Source: Escherichia phage tuntematon | Strand: one strand, 5' to 3' | Sequence record: NC_052660.1 | DNA: 64,000 nucleotides | Shown here: in pieces, positions 36,981 through 47,640 of the stretch | Numbering within the stretch: position 1 is the stretch's first letter | Layout: every line of letters begins with the position of its first letter | Program-made: the position numbers and the translations under genes | Notes under the pieces: model-generated | Seen by the model: the letters and a program-made list of their open reading frames with translations, nothing else | Told to the model about the DNA's origin: nothing | The model's database searches: none

Positions 36981-38012
36981 TTAGTAGCTTACTGTTACCC
37001 ATCCACCATTTACATAGTACTGCAATGGCCCAGACCAATAAGAAGCACCACGAAGTTCTTTCTTATTACCGAAAGCCCAACCAGTCATAACGTGACCAGC
37101 ATAGTAAGGGGATTCTGATACACCTAACTGAATACGTCCATTAATACGAACTGCCGTTACACGTGCATTCACTTGACTTTGAAGGGAGTTTATTTGATTT
37201 TGTAAGCTGTTTTGCAAATTATCAATACGAGAATTTAAATTGCTATTAACATTATTCAAATTGTTTTGAACACTGTTAATGTTTGTTTGTAATGTATTTT
37301 GAAGAGAGCTTAAACGAGAGTTCAAATAATCTAAGCGGACCAAAGCATTTCCATTTGAAGTGTCTTGTCCATTGTTTGATCTTGGATTATCGATTAGAAC
37401 ATAACCCGCATCATATAAACGAACGCCAGCAGCTACACTACCTGTGCTAGGATTTCTACGATAAATGTAAAGCTGACCACCGCTTTGATACTCAGCAGAA
37501 ATCTCACCATTTGTTTGTCCTGCAAAGTTTTTGAAGAATAGAGTTGCAGGATCTGTTGTGGAAGTGCCATTAACATAGATATCTCCGCCGTAAATAGCAC
37601 CACCTGCGTCACGTTTTACCAATACATTTGGTGTTACTATGGAACTAGTAGCATCTGTAATATTTGCCGACAAGTGATTATGACTGTTATCTAGAACTTG
37701 AATAGATAAAGTAACTTCTTTATCACCATTCCAAGTAGCCTCACCAGTAGCATCACCTGCCATTGTAATCTTAGTTCCAACTAAAGGTAAGTAAGTATTA
37801 GGTAAAGTTGGAAGAAAGTCATCTACCAAATAGCGAATCCATAAACCGATATTATTAAGAATCCAGTTCATTTCTTCGCAAGTCATGATTTGACCATAAT
37901 CCATACCAACTGTGCGGATGGTTTCTTTAGGTCTAATTTTGTTTGTGTTTAAAGTTCCTGGGAGCGTTACAGTTTGTGTAGCCCAGTCAGGATAATATAT
38001 TGGCTTCGCCAT
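36981..38012 (-). CDS. tail fibre-like protein with Asn/Gln-rich heptad repeats
   Basis: 343 aa; LSSLQNTLQTNINSVQNNLNNVNSNLNSRIDNLQNSLQNQINSLQSQVN repeat block. Confidence 0.4.
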   Translation of the reverse strand: MAKPIYYPDWATQTVTLPGTLNTNKIRPKETIRTVGMDYGQIMTCEEMNWILNNIGLWIRYLVDDFLPTLPNTYLPLVGTKITMAGDATGEATWNGDKEVTLSIQVLDNSHNHLSANITDATSSIVTPNVLVKRDAGGAIYGGDIYVNGTSTTDPATLFFKNFAGQTNGEISAEYQSGGQLYIYRRNPSTGSVAAGVRLYDAGYVLIDNPRSNNGQDTSNGNALVRLDYLNSRLSSLQNTLQTNINSVQNNLNNVNSNLNSRIDNLQNSLQNQINSLQSQVNARVTAVRINGRIQLGVSESPYYAGHVMTGWAFGNKKELRGASYWSGPLQYYVNGGWVTVSY

Positions 38013-38021
38013 TTAAACTCC

Positions 38022-38651
38022 TTAATCTATTTGCTTGAGAAGCGTACACATGCGTCCTGTTTCATCCCCAGTAGATTCCATATACAGGGAACCTAAACCA
38101 CCAATACCATGAGGCGGTTTGGTAGCATAATAAGAACTAAAACCAAAAGCTGATCCTGCTTTTGCTCCAAGACGGTAGCTACTAATGATAGGGAAAACAC
38201 TTAGCAACTGTTCTAAAGCTTGATCAGATTGAAGACACAGGTTGTAGAAAAACACATCAAAGGTTTTATTCAAACCTACGTAAGTATTAAGCGTTTCACG
38301 CTCTGTTCCTGTGAAACGGGCGAAGATATCAATTATGTCACCACGAGTCCCCGATGAGGCTACGCGGTAAGCCCTGATTTTTAATATTGTTCTATACTCT
38401 TCATCATCAGAGCCATTACGTTCGATCCCCATTTCTTCTCCTAAGATATCTAGGTATTTGCCTGTGGCTGTGGAGATCAAGCGGTGTTTAGCAAGATAGA
38501 TCATTGCCTGATCTATCTTTTGCTTTTCACTGGATACGATGTAGAGGAGCTTGACAATGTTAGGAGAAGATTTAAAATCTTCAATCAGAAGGTTTTTAAC
38601 GTCTTCATTGATACTGGCCCAAGTTGTTACATGGTCAACACTCACTGCCAT
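38022..38651 (-). CDS. hypothetical structural protein
   Basis: 209 aa ORF in the late operon. Confidence 0.3.
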   Translation of the reverse strand: MAVSVDHVTTWASINEDVKNLLIEDFKSSPNIVKLLYIVSSEKQKIDQAMIYLAKHRLISTATGKYLDILGEEMGIERNGSDDEEYRTILKIRAYRVASSGTRGDIIDIFARFTGTERETLNTYVGLNKTFDVFFYNLCLQSDQALEQLLSVFPIISSYRLGAKAGSAFGFSSYYATKPPHGIGGLGSLYMESTGDETGRMCTLLKQID

Positions 38652-38653
38652 TT

Positions 38654-40141
38654 TTACACTCCATACTCGTAAGAAATGTTATCAAGGTCAAAAGAAGGGA
38701 CAACATTATAAGCAGGAACTATATTATTCTCTGTATATTTACTGTCATCCTCAGTATTAAGTTTAACATAAACACGAAGAGAAGTCAAGCGTCCAAAAGC
38801 AAGTGCTGCATAAATAACACCTTTGATTTGATCGTTCGTTACTGAAGAACCTAATTCAAAGTAAGCTTGCAGGTTTTGTAAAGCTTCTACGATGTTTTGT
38901 TTTTCTGTTCCACTTAAAGTTGTTCCGTTGACAGTTTGATAAACAAGTTTTACAGAATACATAGCAGAAGCACCAGGGGAGAAGCGAATAATTTCTTGTC
39001 CTCCATCTTCTGTTGTAACTGTTATGTTAGTTGTTCCGTGTGTCAAAGTGTTGATTGGTTTGGTTTTATAGATAACATTTGCAATTTCTTCAGCACTCCC
39101 TCCATAAACTATAGTCTGGAAAGTCATAGCTGGAGCATGTTCTTGATCATGTAACGTAGGGTTATCATAAATCTTCACCTTAGTAACACCATCTGTAAGT
39201 AACAGAGCTTTCACAATAGCTGCTCGTGTCCCTGCGTTAGCTTCGTCAACGTTGTCATTGAAACGAGAGCGGAATTCTGCGTCTGTCTCAACATCTCGAC
39301 CAGGGGAAAATGAATAGAAGTTACCACTATCAAGATAACCTGTAAAGGTAGAAGATATCCCTGTAATAGACTCCACACCAACAGGATTGTATCCTTTCTC
39401 TGCTGCAACTACCGGAATCTCACTCCACTTGGTTCCAACCGGAACACTAGCATAAAATTTAATAGGAGTTACCAGCCCCACTGGAGTATCACTGGTTAAA
39501 GAAGTAAAACCAATTGATAAGTTACCTGAATCAGAAAATACAAGACTACGATCAGCTTCTGTTAAATTCGCCTTGATAAAAGTTTCAAGATCGGTTATAA
39601 ATGTAGAAGAACCAGGTGCAAGTGTTTTACTGTTTAGTCCTCCATCCACCGCACTTTGTGCATAAAAAGTAATATTTGGAACACCTGTAGCAGTTGCATT
39701 AGCACGAGAGATTTGATAAGCTGCAATCTTAGCATTCAACATAGTTGGTGTGCTAACATAGTAGTTCATATCACTATCAGAGTTGAAGTAAATATCCGTG
39801 CCTAACTCATAAGTCCAAGCTGCTTTGTTATTACTCTTAACATAGGCATAACCTGTACTTGCTGCTGCCCCTGCTCGATAGAAACCGCGTTTAGAAAAGA
39901 TTTCGTCAAGATAAATACCTTCTGCACCATCCAGTGTTTGAGTATTATAAACACCTTGCATACCTTCCCACAATGTGTAATCTGTGTACGCAATTATTCT
40001 AAACAGTTGTCCGATCACAGTATCTTCCGAAGTGGCTGCATCTGCACCAAATGTGTTTTTTACTGCTGTCATATAATTGTTTAGAACATCGTCAAAAGTC
40101 GGGATTACAAATCCCGCATCTGTCAAACCATATTCGTCCAT
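38654..40141 (-). CDS. hypothetical structural protein (baseplate/tail region)
   Basis: 495 aa ORF in the late operon. Confidence 0.35.
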   Translation of the reverse strand: MDEYGLTDAGFVIPTFDDVLNNYMTAVKNTFGADAATSEDTVIGQLFRIIAYTDYTLWEGMQGVYNTQTLDGAEGIYLDEIFSKRGFYRAGAAASTGYAYVKSNNKAAWTYELGTDIYFNSDSDMNYYVSTPTMLNAKIAAYQISRANATATGVPNITFYAQSAVDGGLNSKTLAPGSSTFITDLETFIKANLTEADRSLVFSDSGNLSIGFTSLTSDTPVGLVTPIKFYASVPVGTKWSEIPVVAAEKGYNPVGVESITGISSTFTGYLDSGNFYSFSPGRDVETDAEFRSRFNDNVDEANAGTRAAIVKALLLTDGVTKVKIYDNPTLHDQEHAPAMTFQTIVYGGSAEEIANVIYKTKPINTLTHGTTNITVTTEDGGQEIIRFSPGASAMYSVKLVYQTVNGTTLSGTEKQNIVEALQNLQAYFELGSSVTNDQIKGVIYAALAFGRLTSLRVYVKLNTEDDSKYTENNIVPAYNVVPSFDLDNISYEYGV

Positions 40142-40383
40142 TAGTCATCCTCTTTGGTAGATTGTGATCTGCCCCAACGTAAATCAATAAGATTTTTCAT
40201 GAGGCGAGAAGGGGTTATCATGAAAACAAAAGCCCAACCCATCCATTCAGGAATTTCTTTTTCTATTCCTAAAAAGATAAACATGCCTGTCATAACCGAC
40301 ATGCCTACAGCGTTCCAGACTTTAGTAGAACTGACTTTATTATCAGGATATGTACAGAACATACCTATTAAAAATTTTCTCAT
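40141..40383 (-). CDS. small membrane protein (holin-like topology)
   Basis: 80 aa with two hydrophobic segments and a charged C-terminus. Confidence 0.3.
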   Translation of the reverse strand: MRKFLIGMFCTYPDNKVSSTKVWNAVGMSVMTGMFIFLGIEKEIPEWMGWAFVFMITPSRLMKNLIDLRWGRSQSTKEDD

Positions 40384-40688
40384 AGTGCGTTCTCATTACT
40401 TTTTAAATCACGAGATACAACTAATTCCCCAAGGTCTACAGAACCCGCTGAATGCACAAATACAGCAGCACTAAGACTAATGGCAGTAGTACCTGGGGCA
40501 ATATCAGCAGGTAGGGAATACGCCCTTTGCGTCTCCTTATCATAGATAACCTTATACCCACCCAAATCCACACCAACTGAGAAGTAAACAACCTCAGATT
40601 GTTTAACTCCAAAGTGACGGGCTACTGCTTGTTTATTGGTTAAGATTCCGGTTGAACCTTTACCACCTTGTGAGAACATTTCGTTCAT
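40380..40688 (-). CDS. hypothetical protein
   Basis: 102 aa ORF; start overlaps the next gene's stop. Confidence 0.35.
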   Translation of the reverse strand: MNEMFSQGGKGSTGILTNKQAVARHFGVKQSEVVYFSVGVDLGGYKVIYDKETQRAYSLPADIAPGTTAISLSAAVFVHSAGSVDLGELVVSRDLKSNENAL

Positions 40689-40700
40689 AACGACCTCTTT

Positions 40701-40731
40701 GTTTTTCTAAAAAACCCCTCCGAAGAGGGGT
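40701..40731 (-). terminator. rho-independent terminator (- strand)
   Basis: On the - strand, CCCCTCTTCGGAGGGG hairpin followed by TTTTTTAGAAAAAC. Confidence 0.65.
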
Positions 40732-40761
40732 GCTTATTAATACTAACAATAGTCGATGTTT

Positions 40762-41043
40762 TCAACAGTCAATACTAGTTGCTGCGTAAGGAGGCGCTAA
40801 TTTTGTGGGAACGTGACGCTGTTCGAAAGCAACGCACGCAGCGGCATACAGTGCATCTATTGCAGGCAACGGAAACATCGACAGTGCACAGGCGTCACGA
40901 AACTCGTTCAGATCAGGCTTATTCCCATAGACTTTAACGGCAATATTTGGTTTAAGGTAAAAACCAGCACTCCACCCATCACCCCGTACTTCAAGAATGG
41001 CAACGCCAACCGCTGTAAATTTTTCAAATTTCATCTTAAACAT
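40762..41043 (-). CDS. hypothetical protein
   Basis: 93 aa ORF. Confidence 0.35.
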   Translation of the reverse strand: MFKMKFEKFTAVGVAILEVRGDGWSAGFYLKPNIAVKVYGNKPDLNEFRDACALSMFPLPAIDALYAAACVAFEQRHVPTKLAPPYAATSIDC

Positions 41044-41194
41044 TCTCCATAGATTCGTTGTTATGAGCAGAATTTTCTCGGTCTAACTCTGTCTGTAATG
41101 CATTCATCGCTACAGTAAAGGCAGGAACTTCCTGCCCAGTTAAATTAACTCTCAGCATAAACTGCATGATATTTTGAATAGTTTGCTTATCCAT
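41036..41194 (-). CDS. hypothetical small protein (52 aa, absent from ORF track)
   Basis: ATG at 41194 (- strand); its stop overlaps the ATG of the downstream gene in an ATGxxTAA arrangement; fills the 41043-41235 gap. Confidence 0.25.
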   Translation of the reverse strand: MDKQTIQNIMQFMLRVNLTGQEVPAFTVAMNALQTELDRENSAHNNESMENV

Positions 41195-41234
41195 GATTAT
41201 TCCTATTAAGTTGGGCCAATAAGACCGTGTGTGA

Positions 41235-42593
41235 TTAGAGCATCAGATAATTTTTTACATATCTGGCCAATTCTACCAGCGTCATTGTTTCGGTATTTTT
41301 GACCGTGCCATCCGCTGTTCCACCTAGCTGGAAAATTCCAGTTTGTCTGACTGAAAGAACTTTAGTGCTGTTTATAGATATGTTCATATTTCTGAAGTTA
41401 AATGCACCTGTCGCATCTTCGTAACCAATCCACTTCGTTACTCCGGCGACCGGACCCCAGTAAATCCTATGGTCTATATCTAAGTTTATTGCATTACTTT
41501 CTTGAAATCTCGCACCAAGAGTGTTCAGACCATATGTGAAGTTGATTCCAGTTCCGTCAGCCCGTGGACCAAGTTTTATTCCTCCATAACGATGAAGGTT
41601 AGACACTGACCCTTCGATTTTCAGCTGTTGAGTATCTTCCAAATAAGCATTTTTCCAATCTCCGGAAGGGAGCACACCACCCCTTCTAAGCCTCATGCCT
41701 ATCCACCAGCCAGACTCTCCTACTGGACGGTTTGAGCCATCTCCAACGTCAATTCCAATACCACAAGCTGAACCACCGTCCGCAGTAGTAACGATAAGAC
41801 CTCGATAAGGCCCCTCCCCTGTGGGAAGGTTTTCCGGATGAGGCTGAGATGAGAATGAATTCACCAGATTTAATTCACATCCGACTAACTGAGAAGAGCG
41901 CACTCCAGAGCCATCATTACCATTCCCTGCCTGACCCCAAAGACCCCAAACCCTCCCGTTTCGTCCTATAGCTTTACCAGAACCATGTACGCCTATAGCG
42001 TCAACTGATTTTCCAGAGGTTAATACATCACCAGCCGAAGATCTTACATAGCCCGAGACACCAATCCCAAAGGCTGACGCCTCCGGTTCAAGGGTTATCG
42101 TTCCCTGCATAGCAACATCAAACCATTTTGTGCCCCCCTCTTCCCTTTTCATCTTGGAGGTTTTTTCTGCCCAGATTAATGGGTAAGGGTTTTCGGCTCC
42201 GGCTCCGGGTAAACCGCGCTTTAATTTGAACCCACCAGAATAGTTCCTAAACGAAGGATATATATTAAACGTTGCATCAACAGTATTGGGCCAATACCCT
42301 TCTGGGACAAGGTAGGTAAGGCCCGTGTTGTTCGCGGCAGTAATAGCTACCGTATTGGATTCGGAATCCCCTTTGGCTCCGCCAGCGAACCCACCCCACG
42401 TAATTGGTTTTGGAATATCACCAATAAGACCAGCCCCACCTGAATCTTTCAACTGGGTGGCTAAAACCACCCCAGTGTCAGTAAGAAAGTTGGAAACTGT
42501 GCTTTTAACAGTCTTATCAGGTTGATCTAAAACCAGGTAATCTGAACCATTAACTTTTGATGTTTCGGGTAAATTAGTAATTGTAGTTGACAT
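41235..42593 (-). CDS. hypothetical structural protein (Gly-rich, fibre/baseplate region)
   Basis: 452 aa ORF in the late operon. Confidence 0.4.
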   Translation of the reverse strand: MSTTITNLPETSKVNGSDYLVLDQPDKTVKSTVSNFLTDTGVVLATQLKDSGGAGLIGDIPKPITWGGFAGGAKGDSESNTVAITAANNTGLTYLVPEGYWPNTVDATFNIYPSFRNYSGGFKLKRGLPGAGAENPYPLIWAEKTSKMKREEGGTKWFDVAMQGTITLEPEASAFGIGVSGYVRSSAGDVLTSGKSVDAIGVHGSGKAIGRNGRVWGLWGQAGNGNDGSGVRSSQLVGCELNLVNSFSSQPHPENLPTGEGPYRGLIVTTADGGSACGIGIDVGDGSNRPVGESGWWIGMRLRRGGVLPSGDWKNAYLEDTQQLKIEGSVSNLHRYGGIKLGPRADGTGINFTYGLNTLGARFQESNAINLDIDHRIYWGPVAGVTKWIGYEDATGAFNFRNMNISINSTKVLSVRQTGIFQLGGTADGTVKNTETMTLVELARYVKNYLML

Positions 42594-42601
42594 TTTTACT
42601 C

Positions 42602-44755
42602 CTATATATAAAATTTTTGTGTTGTTACTAAATCTTCTCCAGATTTAGTGGCTAATGTAATTCCACTTATGGTGGCAATCTCAACATTTACCTGTTTAAG
42701 AGTGATATCCTGTAAATAAACGTTCAAAGGCACGTTACCCATATAGAAAACTTGGGATTGAGAATTAACTACTGTGATAGAATCATGCATTATTTGAGGA
42801 TAGGCCCATATATATTGTGTAAGTCCGTCAAACTTATTGGCGTTCAACACTATGTTACCTATAATCATCTTCCAAAGATATGTGCGGTAGTTTGATTTAG
42901 GATCAAAGCCATACAAAGGTGCAAGAGTAGCATCTGGAACAAAACCTGAAAGGTAGTGAATATCAGAATATTCAAAACCTAATTTTTCATGTGGTATAGT
43001 AATTGCATCAAATGCTTTCATCATCTTACCTTCCAGAAGCCAGTCATAACACTCTGAACAGTAAAAATCAAAAGCTTCAGGAATGTAGTAATCAGACGGG
43101 AAGTTAACTTTCTCCATCAAACCGTTGCCGATAATTGATGGCAAGAACGGAAGCAATGTTACCTTGGCTCCTGGGTAAGTTGCTCTAGTATCTGTTGCAA
43201 ACTTTGTAACTCTTAATCCTAGTTTACGAGACAAAAATGCATAGTATTCGTCAAACGGCGTTCCTGTTTTATAATTATCTATTGTTCCTGCATCTTGTGC
43301 AAATAAACCTGTTTCTGTGTTGAATGCCAGTTTGGTAGTGTAATCATATATGCAAGGCATTTTACTTGCTGTATTATACCACCACCAAGGCTCACCAATT
43401 TGAATGACAACTGGAATATTATTAGCTTGCGAAATAGATGCTATTTTATTAATAACATTTTGCAAATATTCCATACCTTCGTCAATAGTTGGAGACAACA
43501 CATAACTAGGAGGTTTATACCCTGTTGCTGCAAGAGCATCGTTCCAATCATGCTGAACCCATTCTACAGGACAAACTGTGCTCATCAATTCAAAACTTAA
43601 AGAGTTCATTATTGTGTAGCCCTTCTCGTTTGCTATAGAATGGAAGCTGTTAAGCCAAGCTTCTGTAGCCGGATTCAGGAAAACAGATTTATTTAAAGCC
43701 CAAGATGTTCCATTCCATGAGAACTCATAATAGTGAGACATTCCGTTATAATGGTTAATCATCCCACGATAACCTAGTGCATATGTATTATAAATAACTC
43801 TCTCTGGAGTCAGGTTATACATATCATCATAAGATGTGCACATGCGAATATCATGTTCAGGCTGGACAAGGTTGCTGACTTTCATCATACTGTAACCAGA
43901 GGTAGGTTCAAGAAGAGTGAAAGTAAACCAAGCCTCTTGACTGTCAATAGGTACAACCTCTTCTATTTCTTCGTACCTTGCTGTAATCAAAGAGAAGAAA
44001 ATATTATCTACAGCACTCATATCCAAAGGAATATCATTATTAGGGCCAGAAAAGATATTACCAAAATCTAACTTGATTGTAGCTGTTTTACCATCTTCTG
44101 AAATATCTAAAGCGTAGAATCCTAAACTGACATAATGAACACTTTTATCCAGGAGAGTTACAGTCAAAGTCGGCACCAAAGGTTCTTCTTTAAAACCTGG
44201 CATGTTTTGACTAATTTCCATTTTAAACCAAAGTTTCTCTGAACTTAAATCTGTGTGGGGTAAATACCCAACACCTTTATGGTCATATTTGTCAACTGTG
44301 CTCCAGATAACCCCTGCCAAACCTGCTGTTGTTCTGTTTACAAATCTTGCAGTAAAAGAGTCTCCATGAGATACAATAGAACAACTTTCCGTTGCTTGAG
44401 AATCTATTGTCCAATACATAGGAGAGAACATTTTAACGTCTTTTGTAGTCCAAGTTATTGGAGTAGTATTTTCTTGGATAGTAGTTATAATACAATTGAT
44501 GGTTGTTTCAACCATCATATTATTTTGACTAATCCCTGAAACTTGGAGGGAGAAGTTAAGATCTATTGAGTTCTTTGGTCGTTCAAATACTTCAACCACA
44601 ATAGTAGCAGAATCAGCATCATCAGGGAACACAAGTGTTCCCGATTTTGCAATATAATCTCTACCAGCGACTGCTGTTCCGTCAACAGTCGTGTAGTTAA
44701 ATGAACTCGCATTTACTCTCTTGTCTCGCGTGACAGTAAATATAGCTTGTTTCAT
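42602..44755 (-). CDS. hypothetical large structural protein
   Basis: 717 aa ORF. Confidence 0.4.
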   Translation of the reverse strand: MKQAIFTVTRDKRVNASSFNYTTVDGTAVAGRDYIAKSGTLVFPDDADSATIVVEVFERPKNSIDLNFSLQVSGISQNNMMVETTINCIITTIQENTTPITWTTKDVKMFSPMYWTIDSQATESCSIVSHGDSFTARFVNRTTAGLAGVIWSTVDKYDHKGVGYLPHTDLSSEKLWFKMEISQNMPGFKEEPLVPTLTVTLLDKSVHYVSLGFYALDISEDGKTATIKLDFGNIFSGPNNDIPLDMSAVDNIFFSLITARYEEIEEVVPIDSQEAWFTFTLLEPTSGYSMMKVSNLVQPEHDIRMCTSYDDMYNLTPERVIYNTYALGYRGMINHYNGMSHYYEFSWNGTSWALNKSVFLNPATEAWLNSFHSIANEKGYTIMNSLSFELMSTVCPVEWVQHDWNDALAATGYKPPSYVLSPTIDEGMEYLQNVINKIASISQANNIPVVIQIGEPWWWYNTASKMPCIYDYTTKLAFNTETGLFAQDAGTIDNYKTGTPFDEYYAFLSRKLGLRVTKFATDTRATYPGAKVTLLPFLPSIIGNGLMEKVNFPSDYYIPEAFDFYCSECYDWLLEGKMMKAFDAITIPHEKLGFEYSDIHYLSGFVPDATLAPLYGFDPKSNYRTYLWKMIIGNIVLNANKFDGLTQYIWAYPQIMHDSITVVNSQSQVFYMGNVPLNVYLQDITLKQVNVEIATISGITLATKSGEDLVTTQKFYI

Positions 44756-44763
44756 TTTACCCC

Positions 44764-47640
44764 TTACTCGGTAACGTCCACACTAATGTTTGCCATTGTC
44801 AAAACAGTAAGTGCAGGAATATTGCTCGAATCCAAAACAGGTAATGCATTTTGGGGATTAAGTTTTTTGTATAAAGCATACAACCCAAAACCACGTAACA
44901 ACTCTCCAGCGTGGAAGCCAAAGAAGACTCCGTTATCACTGTCTGGTCTAGGAGCAGCACTCCAACAACCATTCATAACGTGATTAGGACCAAGAACAAT
45001 ATAGTTTTCCTGAATAAGTTCAAAACAGCGGTCTGCTACTATTTTAATGTTAGGAATTTCTGAATCATATCCAGCCATCCCCATTATAGCACATCCCGCC
45101 ATAAAGAGCGCAGACATGTGACTTGTAAAGTCATCTACAGGCGCAGCCACTTCTCCGTTGGGATAAAATATTGTTGGTGTTCTTCCTTCGTTGTTATCTT
45201 GGAACCACTTCAGGTAGTTGATCCAGTTTTTACAAACTGTTAAAAGTTTTTCAGGAACTTCGGCTCCTCGTCGCTTTAGTTCGTATACCGTATGACACGC
45301 ACAGAAGAATGCTCGTGCTTCATAACCATCCCAAGCTTTATCGTTCCAATGATACATTGTGAACTCATTTTTGTTTCCATATTTATGAGCATCCCAACGA
45401 TCCCAAACATAAGCTTGTGCCATTGGCCCAGGCATTACAGGGGCAAACTTATTATAAAACCACATTTGTGAATCATATAAAAAGTCTATACTGTTGTTCA
45501 TACGAACCCAGTCAATATCTCTCCCTTTAAAACAATATAAGGATGGGTATTGATAACCTGGGTAAGGAATACCACGCCAACCGTCATATAATGCTGTGTT
45601 AGGATCACTAATATTGGAAAATGGAATGATTCCTGGAGTATAATTCAAACTGTCAAGTTTGTAGTCCAGTATTGTACAATCTCCAAGTTTTGCTGTATAA
45701 GGATTTTCAGATGAAACTGTAACCCTGAAATACATTGTGTAATCATCGCCAGCGGCTGAAGAATACAAAGATGGGATATCGTTAACGCAATAAAAGTCGA
45801 TTGCCCCTGTCAAGCCATTTGCAGGTTCAGAATCCAATGCAATATTGATCTGATCAACAGCAGTCAGGTTTATTGACGAAGGTTTTGCCTCTGTGTCTTC
45901 GTGATTAGGTTGCCAAGTACTTAATTTGAAATCGGCAGGACTTAAAGCTTTAGTAACCCATGCAGAATTTGTTTTTTCTAACATGGCCCACCATCTCCAA
46001 CCTGCGGAATCCGTAATAGTGATGTTAAAATCATCTGCGTATGAACGATACGTAATAGATTTTAAATTGGCTGTTTTAGTTGGTGTTAACCAAAACCCAA
46101 CAGTAAAACCACCATCTGAATCCATATTAGCAGAAACTATCTGATCACTATTTGTCCCAGCAATACCAGTTGCATATTTATATTGTATCACAGTATTGCT
46201 TCCCCAGTCAACAATAATTCTGGGTTCAGCAATAATATATACACCACCTCCAGGAGGTTCGGTGCGCATAAAACTAGATAAAGGTATATCCATCTTAGTC
46301 ATATTAGCTGCACCAAGAGGTAAGCCACAACGATATGTCACTGTGTCTGTTTCACTCTTAGTCTTGCTTAATTCTAACTCTGGACGGAAAAGAACACCTT
46401 CCCCTGCATCATCTACACCTTGAAACTCAATACGCAGTTTTGAATTCTGATCCACTCTGAACCAAACTGCCTGTTGTTCTAGAGTTGTTTGTGCTGAAAC
46501 ATCTTGGCGAATTACTGTGTATCCTAATTCGTCACGAGAATATTTAGGTATTGCTGTAGATGGGTATGAGTAATCATACGAGATACCATCTGTAAAAGGA
46601 ATTATTGCTGTCGTAGATCTACGGAAGAATTTATCAAACATATCGATGTTTGAGTAGTCTTGACACAACAATAAAGAAGATTGCCAGCAAAGCCAGTATT
46701 TTCTCTCTCCTGTGATCTGATACATCAAGTAGTTTGCATCACACCACCACGTTTCAGCATCGGAAGCATTATCTTGATAGCCTAACTCTACCGGAACGTT
46801 CACAGGACGGTTATGCCACATCTCATTACGCTTAAGCAGATATCCACCGTGTTCTACAGGATTGCATGTAGCGTAGTTGAATTTATAGTCCCCGTTCACA
46901 GAAGCATTTTTAAGTTGCACTGTTCCATATTCTGCGAAGCTGTGACCTGTAGATAAAATGTTACCATCCCAATCAACTTTACGTCCTAGACGATCTATAA
47001 TCCATTCAACGTCCCACTGATCTCCATATTCTTTCCAGTTGGTTGAACCATCTGGGTTAGTTGCATACACTGTTGCGTTAACAGAGTTCCAACCAAGATT
47101 ACCATTGAAAGCAAACCAAGCTTTATCTAAGTATTCTCCCCAGTGTGGCGCACCTTTAGGAATAATAGTCCTTCCGTTAATCCAAGTCATCATGCTACCT
47201 TTGAACCCACCGTGCGTAGGATACCCATCATCTGTGAGAGGGTAATGTGCTAAACGTGGTTCTTTACCATTGATGATCCAGTTGGGACGATATTTAGCCG
47301 GAGGATCAGGAATAGGTTGGCCCCCGAAGAAGTGATCTATATAGGCTTGCCAATACTTCTCGGCAGATTCAAGATATTTTTTATCCCCTGTAGCCAAATA
47401 TGCATAAGCAAAACCAGTGATAAGCACAGATTGACCTTCGGTAGTAGCGTCACCGTTTGGTTGCCCTTCCTGCGCTGTCCAGTTAATAAAGTGTCTGTTG
47501 TTCGCCAATACGTTTTGTGGGTTGATAATGTAATGCTGAACCGTAGGATCTATGGTAAGCCCAGTATTTCTTTCCAAAAACTGAACCAACCCTTCAATCA
47601 ACTGAAACGTGTTGTCAATATTGTGCTTAACTCTTGACAT
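44764..47640 (-). CDS. large structural protein, possible polysaccharide-degrading (alpha/alpha toroid-like) domain
   Basis: 958 aa; Trp/Tyr-rich segments (e.g. ITGFAYAYLATGDKKYLESAEKYWQAY) reminiscent of alpha/alpha-toroid glycoside hydrolases/lyases; tentative. Confidence 0.35.
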   Translation of the reverse strand: MSRVKHNIDNTFQLIEGLVQFLERNTGLTIDPTVQHYIINPQNVLANNRHFINWTAQEGQPNGDATTEGQSVLITGFAYAYLATGDKKYLESAEKYWQAYIDHFFGGQPIPDPPAKYRPNWIINGKEPRLAHYPLTDDGYPTHGGFKGSMMTWINGRTIIPKGAPHWGEYLDKAWFAFNGNLGWNSVNATVYATNPDGSTNWKEYGDQWDVEWIIDRLGRKVDWDGNILSTGHSFAEYGTVQLKNASVNGDYKFNYATCNPVEHGGYLLKRNEMWHNRPVNVPVELGYQDNASDAETWWCDANYLMYQITGERKYWLCWQSSLLLCQDYSNIDMFDKFFRRSTTAIIPFTDGISYDYSYPSTAIPKYSRDELGYTVIRQDVSAQTTLEQQAVWFRVDQNSKLRIEFQGVDDAGEGVLFRPELELSKTKSETDTVTYRCGLPLGAANMTKMDIPLSSFMRTEPPGGGVYIIAEPRIIVDWGSNTVIQYKYATGIAGTNSDQIVSANMDSDGGFTVGFWLTPTKTANLKSITYRSYADDFNITITDSAGWRWWAMLEKTNSAWVTKALSPADFKLSTWQPNHEDTEAKPSSINLTAVDQINIALDSEPANGLTGAIDFYCVNDIPSLYSSAAGDDYTMYFRVTVSSENPYTAKLGDCTILDYKLDSLNYTPGIIPFSNISDPNTALYDGWRGIPYPGYQYPSLYCFKGRDIDWVRMNNSIDFLYDSQMWFYNKFAPVMPGPMAQAYVWDRWDAHKYGNKNEFTMYHWNDKAWDGYEARAFFCACHTVYELKRRGAEVPEKLLTVCKNWINYLKWFQDNNEGRTPTIFYPNGEVAAPVDDFTSHMSALFMAGCAIMGMAGYDSEIPNIKIVADRCFELIQENYIVLGPNHVMNGCWSAAPRPDSDNGVFFGFHAGELLRGFGLYALYKKLNPQNALPVLDSSNIPALTVLTMANISVDVTE

